From positions 744,001 to 808,000 of the forward strand of contig OX337237.1 in assembly GCA_946965045.2 (NCBI GenBank): a stretch of DNA of 64,000 bases, read 5' to 3'. The stretch's first letter is position 1. The number at the start of each line of letters is the position of its first letter. This DNA is from Epithemia pelagica. Lineage: Eukaryota; Protista; Bacillariophyta. Shown here piece after piece: positions 27,141-40,900 of this stretch. The notes below the pieces were generated by a model. It was not told where the DNA came from. It searched no databases and saw only the letters and a program-made list of their open reading frames with translations. Position numbers and translations under genes: made by a program.

Positions 27141-29958
27141 GTACCCTCGGGCCGTATGAAATCCATACTCCCGATTGTCGTAGGGTTCCGGCAAGGGTTC
27201 CTTGCTCAGGGCCTGTGTCCAGGGAATGTGTTTTTGAGTTCTGAAATCGAGTTTCGAGTTTCGAGGTTGAGCTAATAGGTTATGGTCCTCTTGAAAACTC
27301 GAAAACACAACCTCGAATCCCCCAAATCTTGGCAATCCCCCAACGACCTTGCCAAGATTCTGAAATCGAGTTTCGAGTTTCGAGGTTTGCAAAGAGCCCC
27401 ACGCGCTCCTACAAAACCCACCTTTCAGCCGCCGGGCTCTCTGTCTCTCATTTCGATCTCTCCGACAACAACAACGAGGCAATCTCTCTTGTCCATCATA
27501 GACAATAGTACAATAGTAGCACAATGATTGATGTGATATAAGTAGGAGCTTCTCTAGAAAATGAGCAAGTATTATTAACCTGTCGCTGCCATGGAAGTAA
27601 TGGTCACAACCACTGTCAATGGTCAAAAGCAAATAGTTCTCATCTCTCCATAGATGACATGGTTACGGAACAAAGCCCGCATCCTGCTCCATGGACGGGC
27701 TCTACAAATATTCTACCTTCTCCCGTTATGCAATGTGATATTAGGAATTAGGAGTACTCAAGCGACATTTGTTTGTCGTCATTGTCAATTGCCGTTGTGC
27801 TCGTTCATGCGCCGGTAGGGGGGAAGCATGGGAGTGCACGAGTATTGAAAAATAAAACTCGAAACTCGAAACTCGAAAATACAGTTTTTACCTGGACACG
27901 TACATCCAGATCGTTGTTTCAAGGTAGGGACAGAGCCCCACCTCAAAACTCGAAACTCGATTTCAGACCTCGAAAACACATTCCCTGGACACAGGGCCTC
28001 AGGGCTCAGGGCCTGTGTCCAGGGAATGTGTTTTTGAGTTCTGAAATCGAGTCAATAGGTTATGGTCCCCTTGAAAACTCGAAAACACAACCTCGAATCC
28101 CCCAAATCTTGGCAATCCCCCAACGACCTTGCCAAGATTCTGAAATCGAGTTTCGAGTTTCGAGGTTTGCAAAGAGCCCCACGCGCTCCTACAAAACCCA
28201 CCTTTCAGCCGCCGGGCTCTCTGTCTCTCATTTCGATCTCTCCGACAACAACAACGAGGCAATCTCTCTTGTCCATCATAGACAATAGTAGCACAATGAT
28301 TGATGTGATATAAGTAGGAGCTTCTCTAGAAAATAAGCAAGTATTATTAACCTGTCGCTGCCATGGAAGTAATGGTCACAACCACTGTCAATGGTCAAAA
28401 GCAAATAATTCTCATCTCTCCATAGATGACATGGTTACGGAACAAAGCCCGCATCCTGCTCCATGGACGGGCTCTACAAATATTCTACCTTCTCCCGTTA
28501 TGCAATGTGATATTAGGAATTAGGAGTACTCAAGCGACATTTGTTTGTCGTCATTGTCAATTGCCGTTGTGCTCGTTCATGCGCCGGTAGGGGGGAAGCA
28601 TGGGAGTGCACGAGTATTGAAAAATAAAACTCGAAACTCGAAACTCGAAAATACAGTTTTTACCTGGACACGTACATCCAGATCGTTGTTTCAAGGTAGG
28701 GACAGAGCCCCACCTCAAAACTCGAAACTCGATTTCAGACCTCGAAAACACATTCCCTGGACACAGGGCCTCAATTCTTCCGCTTGTGCCTTGACATGAG
28801 AAAACATCTGGAATAGTCACAAAACACAAACACACAACAACAAAGAAAAAGAGAACGTGGCATGTGTCAGAGTGACTTTCTCGTGTGCGCTGTCCGCAAC
28901 CAACCAACCACAGCGACCACCAAGTGCACACAGATAGGCACAGGATCGTGAGGACGTACCGGATGACTAAAGTATCGTTCTCCAAAACTGGGCAAGACAC
29001 AGACGACGGTTATATTTGCCGATTCCGGTCGTTGACAGACTTGCAAGGCGGCCGCGACATTCGCACCCGAACTCACGCCCACGGGCAAGCCTTTAAGCCA
29101 GAGTTGTTTGGTCATGTTCATGGCGAGCATGGAATGAATGGGTACCACCTCATCAATCAAGTCCAAATCCAATACTTTGGGAATCACACCGGCCCCCATG
29201 CCTTGAATGAAATGAGGACCAATCTCTTGCAAGGGTTCTCCTCCCTTGGCTTGGGTAATCAACATTTGTTCCCGAGGTTCCACGGCAATGGCTTGCAACT
29301 TCGGATTCTTGGGAGGACAGTCGTGTTCGGCCGAGCCCTTAATGTATTGCGTGACACCGGTCAGTGTGCCACCCGTCCCAACGCCAGCCACAAAAATATC
29401 AATGGTTCCCGCCGTATCTCTCCAAATTTCGGGACCCGTCGACTCTCGATGGGCTTTGGTATTGGCTGGATTGTCAAATTGTCGCAACAAGTAGCCGGTG
29501 CCCTTACAATCGGCCACGACTTGTTCGGCCTTGGCCAGGGCTTCGACCATGCCAGCCTTTTTGGGCAGAAGGACGACATTGGCACCCAGTGCCAAGAGCA
29601 TGAGGCGACGTTCCATGGTCACTGATTCCGGCATGACAATGGTACATTTATAGTCACGTTCGCGTGCCAACATGGCAATGGAGATGCCCGTATTACCCGA
29701 CGTGGCTTCCACCAAAGTCGTTTCCCCTCGTATAATCAATCCCTTGGCTTCGGCATCGTCCAACATGGTACGAGCAATCCGATCCTTGACCGAATTACAG
29801 GCATTGAAGGCCTCCAATTTGCCATAGAATTTGCACCCATCGGCGAGTTTTTCGTCGGAAAAGACGTGATTGCCCAAATCCAACAAGGGCGTTTTGCCAA
29901 TCAAGTCGGAGGGACAAGAGGCCACATTCAAGGATGTACCGGATTCTCCATTCATCAT
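27138..29958 (-). CDS. cysK: Cysteine synthase CysK2 copy b; exon 1 29958-28960; last exon interrupted by two MITEs (5' part ~28805-28771, 3' part 27208-27138)
   Basis: CNSVKDR, ATSGNTG, GVGTGGT, GPHFIQG. The spliced last exon MFSHVKAQAEEL continues as SKEPLPEPYDNREYGFHTARGY only on the far side of the MITEs. Confidence 0.9.
27209..27998. mobile_element. PIF/Harbinger-like MITE, copy 1 (790 bp)
   Basis: 25-bp TIR GG(G/C)CCTGTGTCCAGGGAATGTGTTT, 3-bp TSD TCA, AAACTCG subterminal heptamer repeats. Confidence 0.85.
28009..28770. mobile_element. PIF/Harbinger-like MITE, copy 2 (762 bp)
   Basis: Near-identical to 27209-27998, separated from it by TCA-GGGC-TCA; TCA follows at 28771-28773. Confidence 0.85.
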
Positions 29959-30399
29959 TTTAATAGCTGCTGTGTCGGTGGTCGTAGATTTGGTTTCGAA
30001 TTTCTGATCGGATCAGATTATGAGAGGAGCACCCCTAGCATAAAAAATTCTGCCTAAAAGTGTCTCAATACCAACACCCCTGGCCTCAAAATTTCTGCCA
30101 TATCGCCAGCCCGCACACCAAAAGACTGGCCGACTACTAATTTGCTCGCCCGGCGTCCTTAAATAGAACATTTTTGGTTCCCACTACCACAACTCATTTC
30201 ATAAGTAAAATGTCGTACCGGTATCATCATTTTCTCATGCGGTTATCGTATCATCTTATGTATCATTGAGCTCCATCCAAGATGGCTCGGCATCGCATTG
30301 CAATCAACAATCAACAACAAGACACCCCATGTTCATTCCATCCCAGCACCATCGTTGTCTCACAACTAGGAACAAAGCAGTCTCTCCTTCTCCTACATC

Positions 30400-31995
30400 A
30401 TGTCGTCGGATTATGAGAATTCCGTTTCAGTGAATCAAATTCCTTTCTTTGATTGGACGTCACAAGATACCCTACGAATGGGTTCGTTTATTGCGATCCA
30501 ATTGAAAAACCAGGATCCAAAGACGGTGACCATCGCTCGACTCGAACAGCGACAACGCGAAGAAGATTCTCTCGATCCGGATGAACCTGTTGTCACCCAC
30601 ATCCGTCTACGCCTCTTCCCTCCGCTGTTTCCCACCAAGCCTATCGATTGTCACCCGCGTATTCCATCTCATTCTATTCCCAAGATCCTCCATGGCTGCG
30701 GTTCCCAAAACGTCGAGCTTTACGAATCAAGGGAATGTGTTTGGATCAATGGCGAGATCCCCGATGACGAAGTCAAAATTCTCTTCCCCGCTTTTGTGTT
30801 TTCATTTGAGGAACTTGAGAAATCCGAAAACGGATGGGCCCACGGCATCCATAATGTTTACTTTGCCCGTTTCTGGCACAACAAGATCTACTCCTACACG
30901 GTGCGCGCAGAGAATCGTCTTGACCCTATCCCCAAAGGCACTGTTCTTGGGTTCATGAACAAGCACCCACTGTACAAACAGCCATCCAACCTAATCATTG
31001 CCCGCCGTTGTCAACACCATGCCATATGGGTTGGACTGTTTAGTATCCAGAAAGCAATCATCAAGATGTTGAATAAACGTGGCATGTCCAGTTCGAGCCG
31101 AGAAATTATTTCTCTTAATGTTGGATGCATCCCCTTGGAATGCATCCAATACATTTACTCCCTATCGAAGTTTGTGTCTCCCATCGACTGCCACCCAGTG
31201 ACCCTTCGCGACTCCTTTCTTCATGTTGACTCGTCTCTCACTCGTCGCAAGCTTTCCATGTCCTTTGATGCCGGTGTTCTCCGTTTCAAGTCTATTTCAG
31301 ACCTCAAGTTACTCCGGTCCATATTTGGACCAAGCTCGACGTATGCTCTTCAGAGAAACGTCCTAATCTTTCGGACGGTAGCACTGGGACGACTCTTAAG
31401 CGAGGACATCATCTGTCTGTGATCTCCGGCCATGTCAACGACCGAAGACGAAAAGTTCAAGCGACGCTCGAAGGAACAGCGCGTGGACCTCTGTTTCTCG
31501 CCATTCAATGTACGTGTCACCGTTGGATACGAGAGATACGTATACTCGCTCCGTGCATGTGGTTCTCTTCGACGCCCCTCACATTGCCCAACACTCAATA
31601 CCATTCTCCGTGGCCAATCTACACAGACCTGTTCGGACACTCTCCAACCGATCAAACCAAGCTCTCCCACAACAGACCCATCTTCCGAAACGGGTACAGA
31701 TTCCCATGACAACCTCGACGAATCAGAAGAAGCTGAAGAATCTCCGTCAGATGAGTGCAACCCTCCTGTTCTACATCCTCCTGCTCTACAGAACATACAA
31801 CTTGGTGATCAGTTTCTTGATGGTCAAACTGTTTACGAAGTAGTGACTGTCAACAAGACAGCTTCGAATCCTGTTTGTACTTGCCGTACTGTTGCCGGAA
31901 AGCACTACGATAAGCATCGTCCTGCTGAAGAACAGGACACTATGGAACGAAAGGACATTGTCCAGTTGTTGATCGATATCCATGACTTTGCCTAA
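30400..31995 (+). pseudogene. Partner gene A, duplicate, frameshifted near 31345-31445
   Basis: Split into 30400-31422 and 31432-31995 by small deletions relative to 953-2554; may be assembly error. Confidence 0.75.
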
Positions 31996-32044
31996 CCTTA
32001 CATAATATAATCGCGTACCATACATATTAGTAAGACTTCTCTAA

Positions 32045-35000
32045 TTATGCTTTCTTAGTGTTAAAGTTCTTCTCCCATCCTGGAACAGGACCGTGAACAA
32101 TCTCGACGTCATAGTTGTAGTCGTAGTCATCCCCAGCATACTTGTCCCAAAGATGGTCGTCATCGAAGACCCATTTCTTTAACTCTTCTAGGTCTTTCGT
32201 ATCTTCTTCCGTCCATCCTTTGGATTCCCTGGCCCTTCTTTCCGCTTCGGCATTGACAAATCGCCCAAACTGTACATCGCCCCCGTTATTTTCTACCCAG
32301 TTGTTCCATGTATCCATTTCATTGTCCGAAACTTTGGCAATAGACTCAAGCATGTCATCGTATCCCCATCCCACCATAAAGATCATCCTGCGTTGGAGCC
32401 AGCGTGCCATTGGCTCCAACCTACTGCGACGCCCCTTACCACCATGTGTAGCCCCTCCCCGTTGTGTACGATTGAAGTAAAATTGTTTAAAGACACTGTT
32501 AAAAGCTTCGTCACGAGACCATCAGGAAAGTTAGTAAACAAGCAAGACAATCCACTCCGATGCATCCATGTCTGATGATTACTCACCTTCCCAGCCTTGT
32601 TGGGCGTGGGCACTAAGATTCTTCCAATGACCAAGGTATTCCATGATGTGGCCACTACCAATGAGATGACAGTAGTTCGTAATGCCTCGTTCTCCATGTA
32701 GTTCTACTCATCTCCAAAAGAAAGCATCCGCCTCTCTTTGGTAGTCGTTGATCTCTTGGTCTGACAAGTTGGTTTTCTTGTTCACCAGTTGCATTGACTT
32801 CCTATAGTGACTCACGCTTTCCTTCCACAGACTCAGTCGTTCTTCGTCTACCTCGCACAAGTCAATGATCCTCTCCAGCCCCCCAATAACTTTCCAAATA
32901 CGGACATTGTCCATACAGATAGTTATGAGCTGGTTTGTCTCCGTATCGAAAGGTACTCTCCACTGTCCTGGAAGATACTCTGTCCCAATCAAGTGCCTGT
33001 TTACCGCCTTGTTGATTGATGCGATGAAGTCTATGCATCTCGTCGATTCACATTCTGCTGTTAGCCACTCTAACTTCTCGTTCTTGGTATTTTCCAACCC
33101 GTCCTTGAGTATCATCGTAAGCAATTTTAGGCCCATACGGTTTCCATGTGAAGCAAACATGGGACCGTATCCATCATCTGGACCAATGCTGTGGCCTTCT
33201 TTGAATCTCGGAATTGGCGAACCACCCTTGTTGCTTGATGGTAAGTCCATTCTTTCACATGACTTGCTTTCAGTCGTTCTTGACGTTCCTCTAAGGTCCC
33301 TCTGATTTCCAAATCTCGTGCCAACAAATCGTTGGTTAGTAGCTTGGCGTATTCTGTCCGCTTGGCTCGTGTTGCGACGGAAAGATCAAAATGAATACTC
33401 AACAGTTCCGACTTTTGTTTCTCCGAAGGAACATGCCTAGGATCTTCTTCGATCACCATCTTTGACTCTTTCCATATATCCTTCAGCTTTTCCGAAATCC
33501 CTGGCATCTCCTTTTCTAGAACCTTGACACTCCCTTCAAGTTCCGACAAATGAGAATCTGTGCAGATCTTGTGGTGTCGGCAAACCTAACCAGGTTGATT
33601 GTGATACCCGAGCTCATGACATATGGTGCATTCAGACACTGGTTGAGTTGGTAGGTGAAGTTCTCCACTCTTCGCAGCACACTTGGTGCAGGGATACGTC
33701 GCTTGGCCAGCCGCACCTCCGCGCCCGAGTAACTTCCATTCACAAGACATATCGCAATTCGTAGAGATCGTGATCTCTAGAATTCCGAATTTCGTGGGAA
33801 GTACTATCTTAGCCCCTTGTTCAATTTCGACCATCATCATCCGGAACAGGGAACGCACGAGAGCCTCCGATTCGTGCTGACACACGCAAAGGATCGGAAA
33901 TACACTATTCCGTGACTGTTTCAGAATGTTACAAACGTCATTGAACTTGAGACCGCCTAACACATGGCCAAGATTTTTGGTGAACAACGCACCGTCCAAA
34001 CTTTGTGACAGGTGAATCGATCGGGTCTTGGCATCACCGTGGATTAAATGGCCCGCCATCAATATAGCCGCCATCACATCTGCGGCTCGAAAAGTAAATC
34101 CTTCTGCTCCCGTTTCGGAATTTCGGAGGATTCTATACGGTGCAACTATTCGACCAAACCTCTCAACAACAGATGCACAGTCTTGCATGCAAGCACTACT
34201 GGGTAAGAGTGTCTGGGCGTAAGCAACACCTTCGGTCTCGACATTTCGGAGTAACTCTATCCCCTGAAAATTGAGTGGACCGCCCGCAAGGTCCATGGCA
34301 CGTAGAATCTTGAATGGATGAAAGACATTCTCCCGCACGTATTTGCGGAAGACATTATAGGTGGCACGAAACAACAACCCACCGTGAATCCCTTTGTCGA
34401 GTAGCATTCGTCCGATCTCGTTAAAAAAGGTCCCCGCGTGCTTGCTCTCCTTATCCATGCGCTTTACTTTCGATTCAATGAGCTCTCGAATGTAAGTCAC
34501 AATCTTCTTCCTAGCCAAAGGAGTGTAACAAGATTTCGGAAGAGCTTCTTTATCTTTGAACTCTTTCAATTTCTTCTTGAGGTGAGAAATCTGAGACGAC
34601 TTGCGTTTCGATTCCTTTCTTACTCGCTTCAGTTCTTCTTGTAATTGTCTGATTTTAATTCCTAATTCATTGTTCAGGTCGCATTCCTCAAATTCGGGAA
34701 ATGGGGGGTCCTCGTCGTCATCACAACAGGAGGAATCATCATCTGGTTCATCTGGTTCATCTTCGAGGTCATCCTTGGCTAGCTCCTCATTTGTGTCGGG
34801 AACACGTTCGTCGGCACCGGATGGAACTTGAGGATCACATCCATCACCTATTGCAGTAGATCCTGGGGCAGATGCAGCCGTATTGGTATTGTCTCTTGTC
34901 GTCGAGCTTGGTGAAGAAGCTTCGTTTGCATTTGGGCTTGGCGGTGTATCTTGAGTCGAGGGGATGGTAGAAGACTCATTGATGGTTTCTACGGAATTAT

Positions 35001-35749
35001 CTACGTCAAATGAATCTACAGGTAAACGGGAGTCGACACCATCTGGGTCGATATCGTCGTCAGGTTCCTCTCCTTCGGTGCATCTTGCGGAAAAAAGCAT
35101 GTCTTCAATTGAGTTTTTCAATTTGTTGATTGCCATCTTCACTTTCTTGAAACGACCTTTCTTCTTTTTCCTTCGGGGGGCAGCGGTTGGGAGACAAAAG
35201 AGCTCTGCATCTGGGGCTTCGGGACATATCGAGATCTGGGATCTCGAAATGTCGGCCGAGAAAAGTTCGTATGTTGGGCCCGACATACATAGCGGCCGTT
35301 AATGGCTGCGTGGCGATTGATAAATTGCCCGGGACGTGACCTTCTTCCGTGTCTGCCGCATGGCATTGCGAGCAGAAGAAGAAACCAGGATGTTCTTCTT
35401 CCCTTGCGCGGCCGTAGACAGAGCAAGGTACGTGTTTCTTGCCCGATTCAAGAAAGTCCTTCAGGATTTTCGCGATGCGCTTACGTTCGACAGTATTCTC
35501 TTCACATGTGACTTTGCTTTCTGACCTACGGGCACGGGTCTTCTTGTTTGGTGACGGTACCAGTTTGATATCCTCGTCAACCTTCTTGTTCATCTCTTCA
35601 CGAGCGGTTGCCGATGGACCGGTGATTTTTTCTTGTTCTTCTTCTTTAGATTGCAAGCGCCGTGACTTGCGAATGGCAGGTTGGTCAGCCGTTGCTTTGT
35701 TTGTCGCAAGGTCATCTTGGAGGCGTCTCTTGTTGTTTGATTCTTCCAT
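32045..35749 (-). pseudogene. RAG1/Transib-like transposase A, duplicate, with several 1-bp frameshifts plus the shared TGA
   Basis: Fragments 35105-35749, 33586-35286, 33127-33549 and 32708-33250 are collinear with 3267-6311. Same TGA (32708-32710) and same intron. Confidence 0.85.
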
Positions 35750-36270
35750 TGCGTCTTCGGAGGTACCTCCCTCAACAACATCGAAAGAGGTGCCTCTTGG
35801 ATGGAGGAGATAGATGACGATGTTAAGGGAGATTAAAGATTGATTAAGATGCGACTAGTCTGTGTTATATATTAATCAGGAATGGTTATTTTTTATGTTC
35901 AGAGGTGGGAGCGGCTCGTCCATTGGCAGCACAGAGCACAAAATGGGATGAAAATTCCAATGAGAGATGTGGCGGTCATACGGAAATCGCTGTAACTCAT
36001 TGAATTCTGGGTAGATTTGTTAACGGAAAAAAGGGTCTAATACTTGAAAAAACAAAGTATCTTGCGTAACAAACCGATAACAAATGTAGCCAGAAATGCG
36101 TTCATGGGAAGTGGGTAAAGATGGGCTTTGCGTTGGAACCGAAATTTTGGGTCTTATATTTAACAAGATTGATCCCACTAAAATGCCTATAGTGACAGAC
36201 AGGTTTCTGGTGTGACAGAGGGGAAAAATTGAGGTCGTCCGGCGCGCACTTATTCCAGGGGTGTTGGTAT

Positions 36271-37825
36271 TGTCATTCGGGTCGCTACGGATTGGGTACG
36301 TCATCATGACGTGTAAGGGACTAATGACCAAAGGGAATGGAACGGTCATTATCGGTTACCTACTTACTGGTTTTATGCGTTGGATGTTATGGTTAATCCT
36401 ACTTAGTCTTTCTTTGGAACGGATTCTATCAAGTAGAATAAGACAGTTTATCAGACCCACCGTCTGGTAAAGGAGAACAAAGAATGGCTACATCGACACG
36501 ATTGAATACGAAAACTGCAACTGCAAGTGGAAGGAGCGGAAGCGGAAGCGGAAGCGGAAGTGGAGGCGGAAGCGGAAATGGGAACCCCGGGGCCACGGGG
36601 AATGGGGAAGGAGATCGTACTTCACGCCATGGCGCGAGTATGGGAACGGGAGCGGGAGGGAGTGACCCGCCAGGAGGTGTACCTGGAACGAGAGGAGGAA
36701 CCGCAGCAGGGACAGCTGCAGGAGCGGCCCCGGGAGTGGCGGCACCAGGTGGTGCGCCTGGGACTGGCGCAGGAAGCGCCGGAACGGGAGGTGCCGGCGG
36801 TGGCGCCGGTGCAGGAGGTGGTGCGCCGGGAGCAGGAGGAGGGGGACATGGTGGCGGTGCCGCAGGAGGCGGAGGCGGCGGCGGTGCTGCAGGAGGAGGT
36901 GCAGGAGGAGGTGCAGGCGGCGGCGCTGGAGGCGGAGGAGGAGGAGCAGGCGGTGGTGGCGCTGGAGGAGGAGGAGGAGGTGGAATACCTCTAGGCGTTC
37001 CAGCACCACCACCACCCCTCTCTGCTGTGGGAATGGCACTTAGTGTATGTGGCGCGAATCCTTTCGAAATATACGCCCTAGAACATACGGAACGCTTTAA
37101 CACCCTAGAGTCATATGGAAGAATGACATCGGATGACGTGACCCAACTGGTGTCGAGGCTGGAAAAGCGCCCGTACCCGCACAACGTGGCAATTCCTTCA
37201 AGCGTCGTAAAGAACATTCAAGGAATGTGCTTCTGGTCAGCCAGAGCGCGTCGTCAAGGCCGTCCGCTTAACTACGGAGACTTCACAACCGCTGTCCTAG
37301 CTGAATCCCTGGACGCGATGGAGATCCAGTCGGAGAAATCCTCTGCACCTGATATTAAGCCCTCTGCCCTCAAGGAAGAAGAATGGGAGGACTGGAGTCA
37401 AGAGTTCCCAACGTACCTGTCGCATATCTATGGAAAACAGAAGGCACCATTGGACTACGTGATTAGTCCCGATTTAGCGCCTACCCATGTCTTTGCAAGC
37501 ACTAGGGAACAAGAGCTCTATAGCTACCCTCTAGGTGGGCCGTACTTCAAAGAGGACAACAAGGAAGTATTTCGGCTATTGAGTGACCTTGTCAAGGATC
37601 AGCCTGCGACGTGGATTCAGCCTTTCCAGGCTTCACAAGATGGTCGACGCGCATGGATGGCATTGGTCGATCATTTTGATGGGGGGGGGGGGGGGGGGGG
37701 GACAGAGTGTTTGTCGAGTCATTGGTGGCGAACTGTACGAACCCACAGTCGACAAAGAGAACCAGGAAATCTTGGAACGTGATGACATGGCGGATCTACT
37801 CCATGACATCCACGAATTCGCCTAA
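36271..37825 (+). mobile_element. Copia LTR/gag fragment and partner-B remnant, duplicate
   Basis: Copy of 6833-8353 with 24 extra bp in the Gly-rich tract. The junction G-run is longer (~21 G) and breaks the in-frame fusion. Confidence 0.7.
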
Positions 37826-37910
37826 GCATCCATGAATTTGCCATAGCATCCATGAATTTGCCAAAGAACTACATACGAGAACAAGAAATCACAAAGCACC
37901 ACATTCCATA

Positions 37911-40900
37911 TTAGTAATCTTTCAATTTGCCACTACTCTTGACTCCGTCAGTACTACTGCTTTGTTCCTGTAGAATTCCCCCCCTCTGTCGGTGCATCCA
38001 AGACAATAGGGTGTCCTTTCGCATCAGTGACCGGACCATGTACGATATCACATTCTTCTTCCTCCTCCTCATACCATTGACGAGGTTCCAAGAATTCCCA
38101 CTTATCCAATTCCTCTAAATCACGGGTGTCTTGTTCCGACCAACCTGGTCGTTTCATGGCCAGTTGTTTGGCTTCCTCGGTTAGAAACTTACAATACTAA
38201 ACACTCCCACCTGAATCTCGTACCCAGTTTGTCCATTCCACTAGTTCGTCATCTTCCACAGTATTCAAGTCGTTCATGATCTCGTCGTATTCGTATCCAC
38301 ACATAAACACCATCCTTCTCTGAAACCAGCGAGCCATTGGCTCGAGACGACTCCTTTTCCCCTGCCCTTGATTAGTAGCACCGCCGCGTTGGGTTCTGGA
38401 AAAGTAAAAGCGCTTGAATAAGCTATTGAAAGCTACCGTCATTGTAAATGGTTAGACACCAAAGAGACATGGGCGATCACGGTCGATCCACTCACCTTCC
38501 CATCCTTGTTGGGCATGTGAACTGAGATTCCGCCAATGCAGAAGATACTCAGTCACATGCCCACTGCCTATCATATGCGCATAGTTTGTGATTCCTCGTT
38601 CACCATGCAAGTCAACCCATCTCGAAAAAAACTCGTCCGCAACACGTTGATATTCGTAGATTTCCTCATCTGTCATTTCGTTCTTATTGTTCACGAGCTT
38701 CATAGACTTGGCATAATATTCAACACTTTCGATCCATGTCTTTCGTCTGCTCTCATCTGGGCAACACAGATCAATCAGAATCTTGAATCCATTCACTATC
38801 CTTCGGATTCGGACATTATCCATGCAGATCGTTGTTATTGCCTTTGCTTTCTCGTCGTACGGCATTTTCCATTGCGTCGGGAATTCCTCAGATCCAAGAA
38901 CAAGAGTATTAAGATTCCTGTTGACTGTATCTTGAAACTCTTGTATCCTCGCGTCCATGCCCCCCTCAGCTTCTTTATTGATCCAACTAAGCTCATCGCT
39001 CTTCGTATACTCCAGGCCTTCTCGGAGAATCATTGTTAGTAGCTTCAAGCCCATTCGGTTCTCCATATGAAGGATGCAAGGGATTGCATCCATCATATAA
39101 ACCAAGGCCGTTGTCTTTTTTGAGTCCTTGAATTGATCCTTGACTCTCTGTGCTTGATGATACCACCACTCCTTGACGTGTGATGATTTTAGCCCTTTCT
39201 GTCGATCCTCCAAAGAACCCGAGATATCGAGGCCTCTAGCAGTCAAGTCATTCGTCAAAATCTTTGCGTAGTCTCTCCGTTGCTCTAAAGAGGCCACACT
39301 CAAGTCGAAATGAACACTTTGCAAACTCCCTTTCTCCATTCCCGACGGGACACATCTAGGATCTTGCTGTATAATGACTTGCGATTTAGCCCAGATCGAT
39401 TTCATCGTCTTCGCTATGATAGGCATCTCCTTGATGAATTCAGTTATATCCTCCTCAACTTGTTGGATGTGTTCTTTAGAACAGATCTTGTGGTGTCGAC
39501 AGATCCAGTTCTTTCTCTCGTCGTTGCCTAGCTTAACACAGATCTTGCATTCGGAAGCCGGTTGTGTCTCAGCATGTAACTCACCACTTCGAACGACACA
39601 TTTAGAACAAGGGTAGGTAACTTGTTGAGCTGCCCCACCTCGGCCGAACAGTTTCCATTCACAGCTCATGTCGCAGTTTGTGGAAATCGTGAGTTGTAAA
39701 ATCCCAAATTTCGTGGGAAGTACAATCTTCGCCCCTTCCTTGATCTCTACCATCATCATCCGGAACAGAGACCTGACCAATGACTCGGACTCTTTCTGAC
39801 ACACGCATAAGATCGGGAACACGCTGTGCCGTGATTGGCCCAGTAGATTGCAGATGTCGTTGAATTTCAGTCCACCCAGAACATGTCCGAGGTTCTTTGT
39901 AAACAAAGCCCCGTCCAAGCTCTGTGATAGGTAGATTGATCGTTCCTTGGCTTCTCCGCCCATCAAATTACCTGCCACCAGGATTGCTGCCATCACATCC
40001 GCCGCACGAAACGTGAAGCCTTCTGCTCCTGTTTCTTTGTTCCGTAGCATTCTGTAAGGGCATAGTAGGGCCCCGAATCTGTTCACTTCTGCCGCACAGT
40101 TTTGCATGCAAGAGGTGCTTGGCAGTAGAGTCTGTTGATACAGCACTCCGTCAGTTTCTACGGATCGTAGATACTCCAACCCGCGGAAGTTTAGTGGTCC
40201 TCCCGCCAAGTCCATCGCGCGTAGGATCTTGTACGGCGTTAAAACATTTTCTCTAACGTACTTGCGGAACACATTGTAGGTGGCTTTGAACAATTGCCCG
40301 CCGTGTATTGTCTTGTCGAGTAGCAAAGACCCGATGTCCGTAAAAAAAGATGCTGCTTGATGACTTGTTGTGTCCATCTTTGATACCTTGGAAGTGATGA
40401 ACTTGCGTAGGTAAGTCAGCAGAGTCGTCTTATCTTCTGGGTCGTAACATGACTTTGGTAGTTTGTCCGTTTCATTCTTCTCCTGTTGTGCTAGCTTTGC
40501 TTCGCAGAGCTCCTCTCGAGTTTCCTTGACGATCTTTTCCCAATACCGAAGCCTCTCACTTTTCTTCTTGGACTGCAGACGACAGTCCTTCAGCTTCGAA
40601 AGCATCGAGGTGAGTTTTTCTTTGAGGTGAATAACTTGTTTAATTAACTTCTCACGCTCTCTATCCTCTATTGTGTTGTCCTCGTGTGGACAATCTTCCT
40701 CTTGCAGGTTCATTTCAGTTGCCCTCAGCCATTCGTCAAGGTCGGTTTCGTCATCGTCCTCTTCTTCGTCATCTACCACTGTCTCTACGATTGGGCTACT
40801 GTGAACGGATTCTCTTGATTCCGGTGTCATTCCAATGCCTGTATTGGGTTCGGCATTGGGTTCTGTCCTTGAAGACTTGGTGTCGTTCTTCTTCGTGTCG

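Larger units (their letters stand above)
30066..36272. mobile_element. Transposon A, duplicate copy
   Basis: Same 18-bp TIRs at 30066-30083 and 36255-36272. Confidence 0.8.

Noticed and set aside
27138-28799. ORFs of 60-170 aa in the MITE pair
   Set aside because: Made of TIR and AAACTCG repeat sequence with no protein motifs; only the last ~23 codons of 27138-27632 are real cysK exon.
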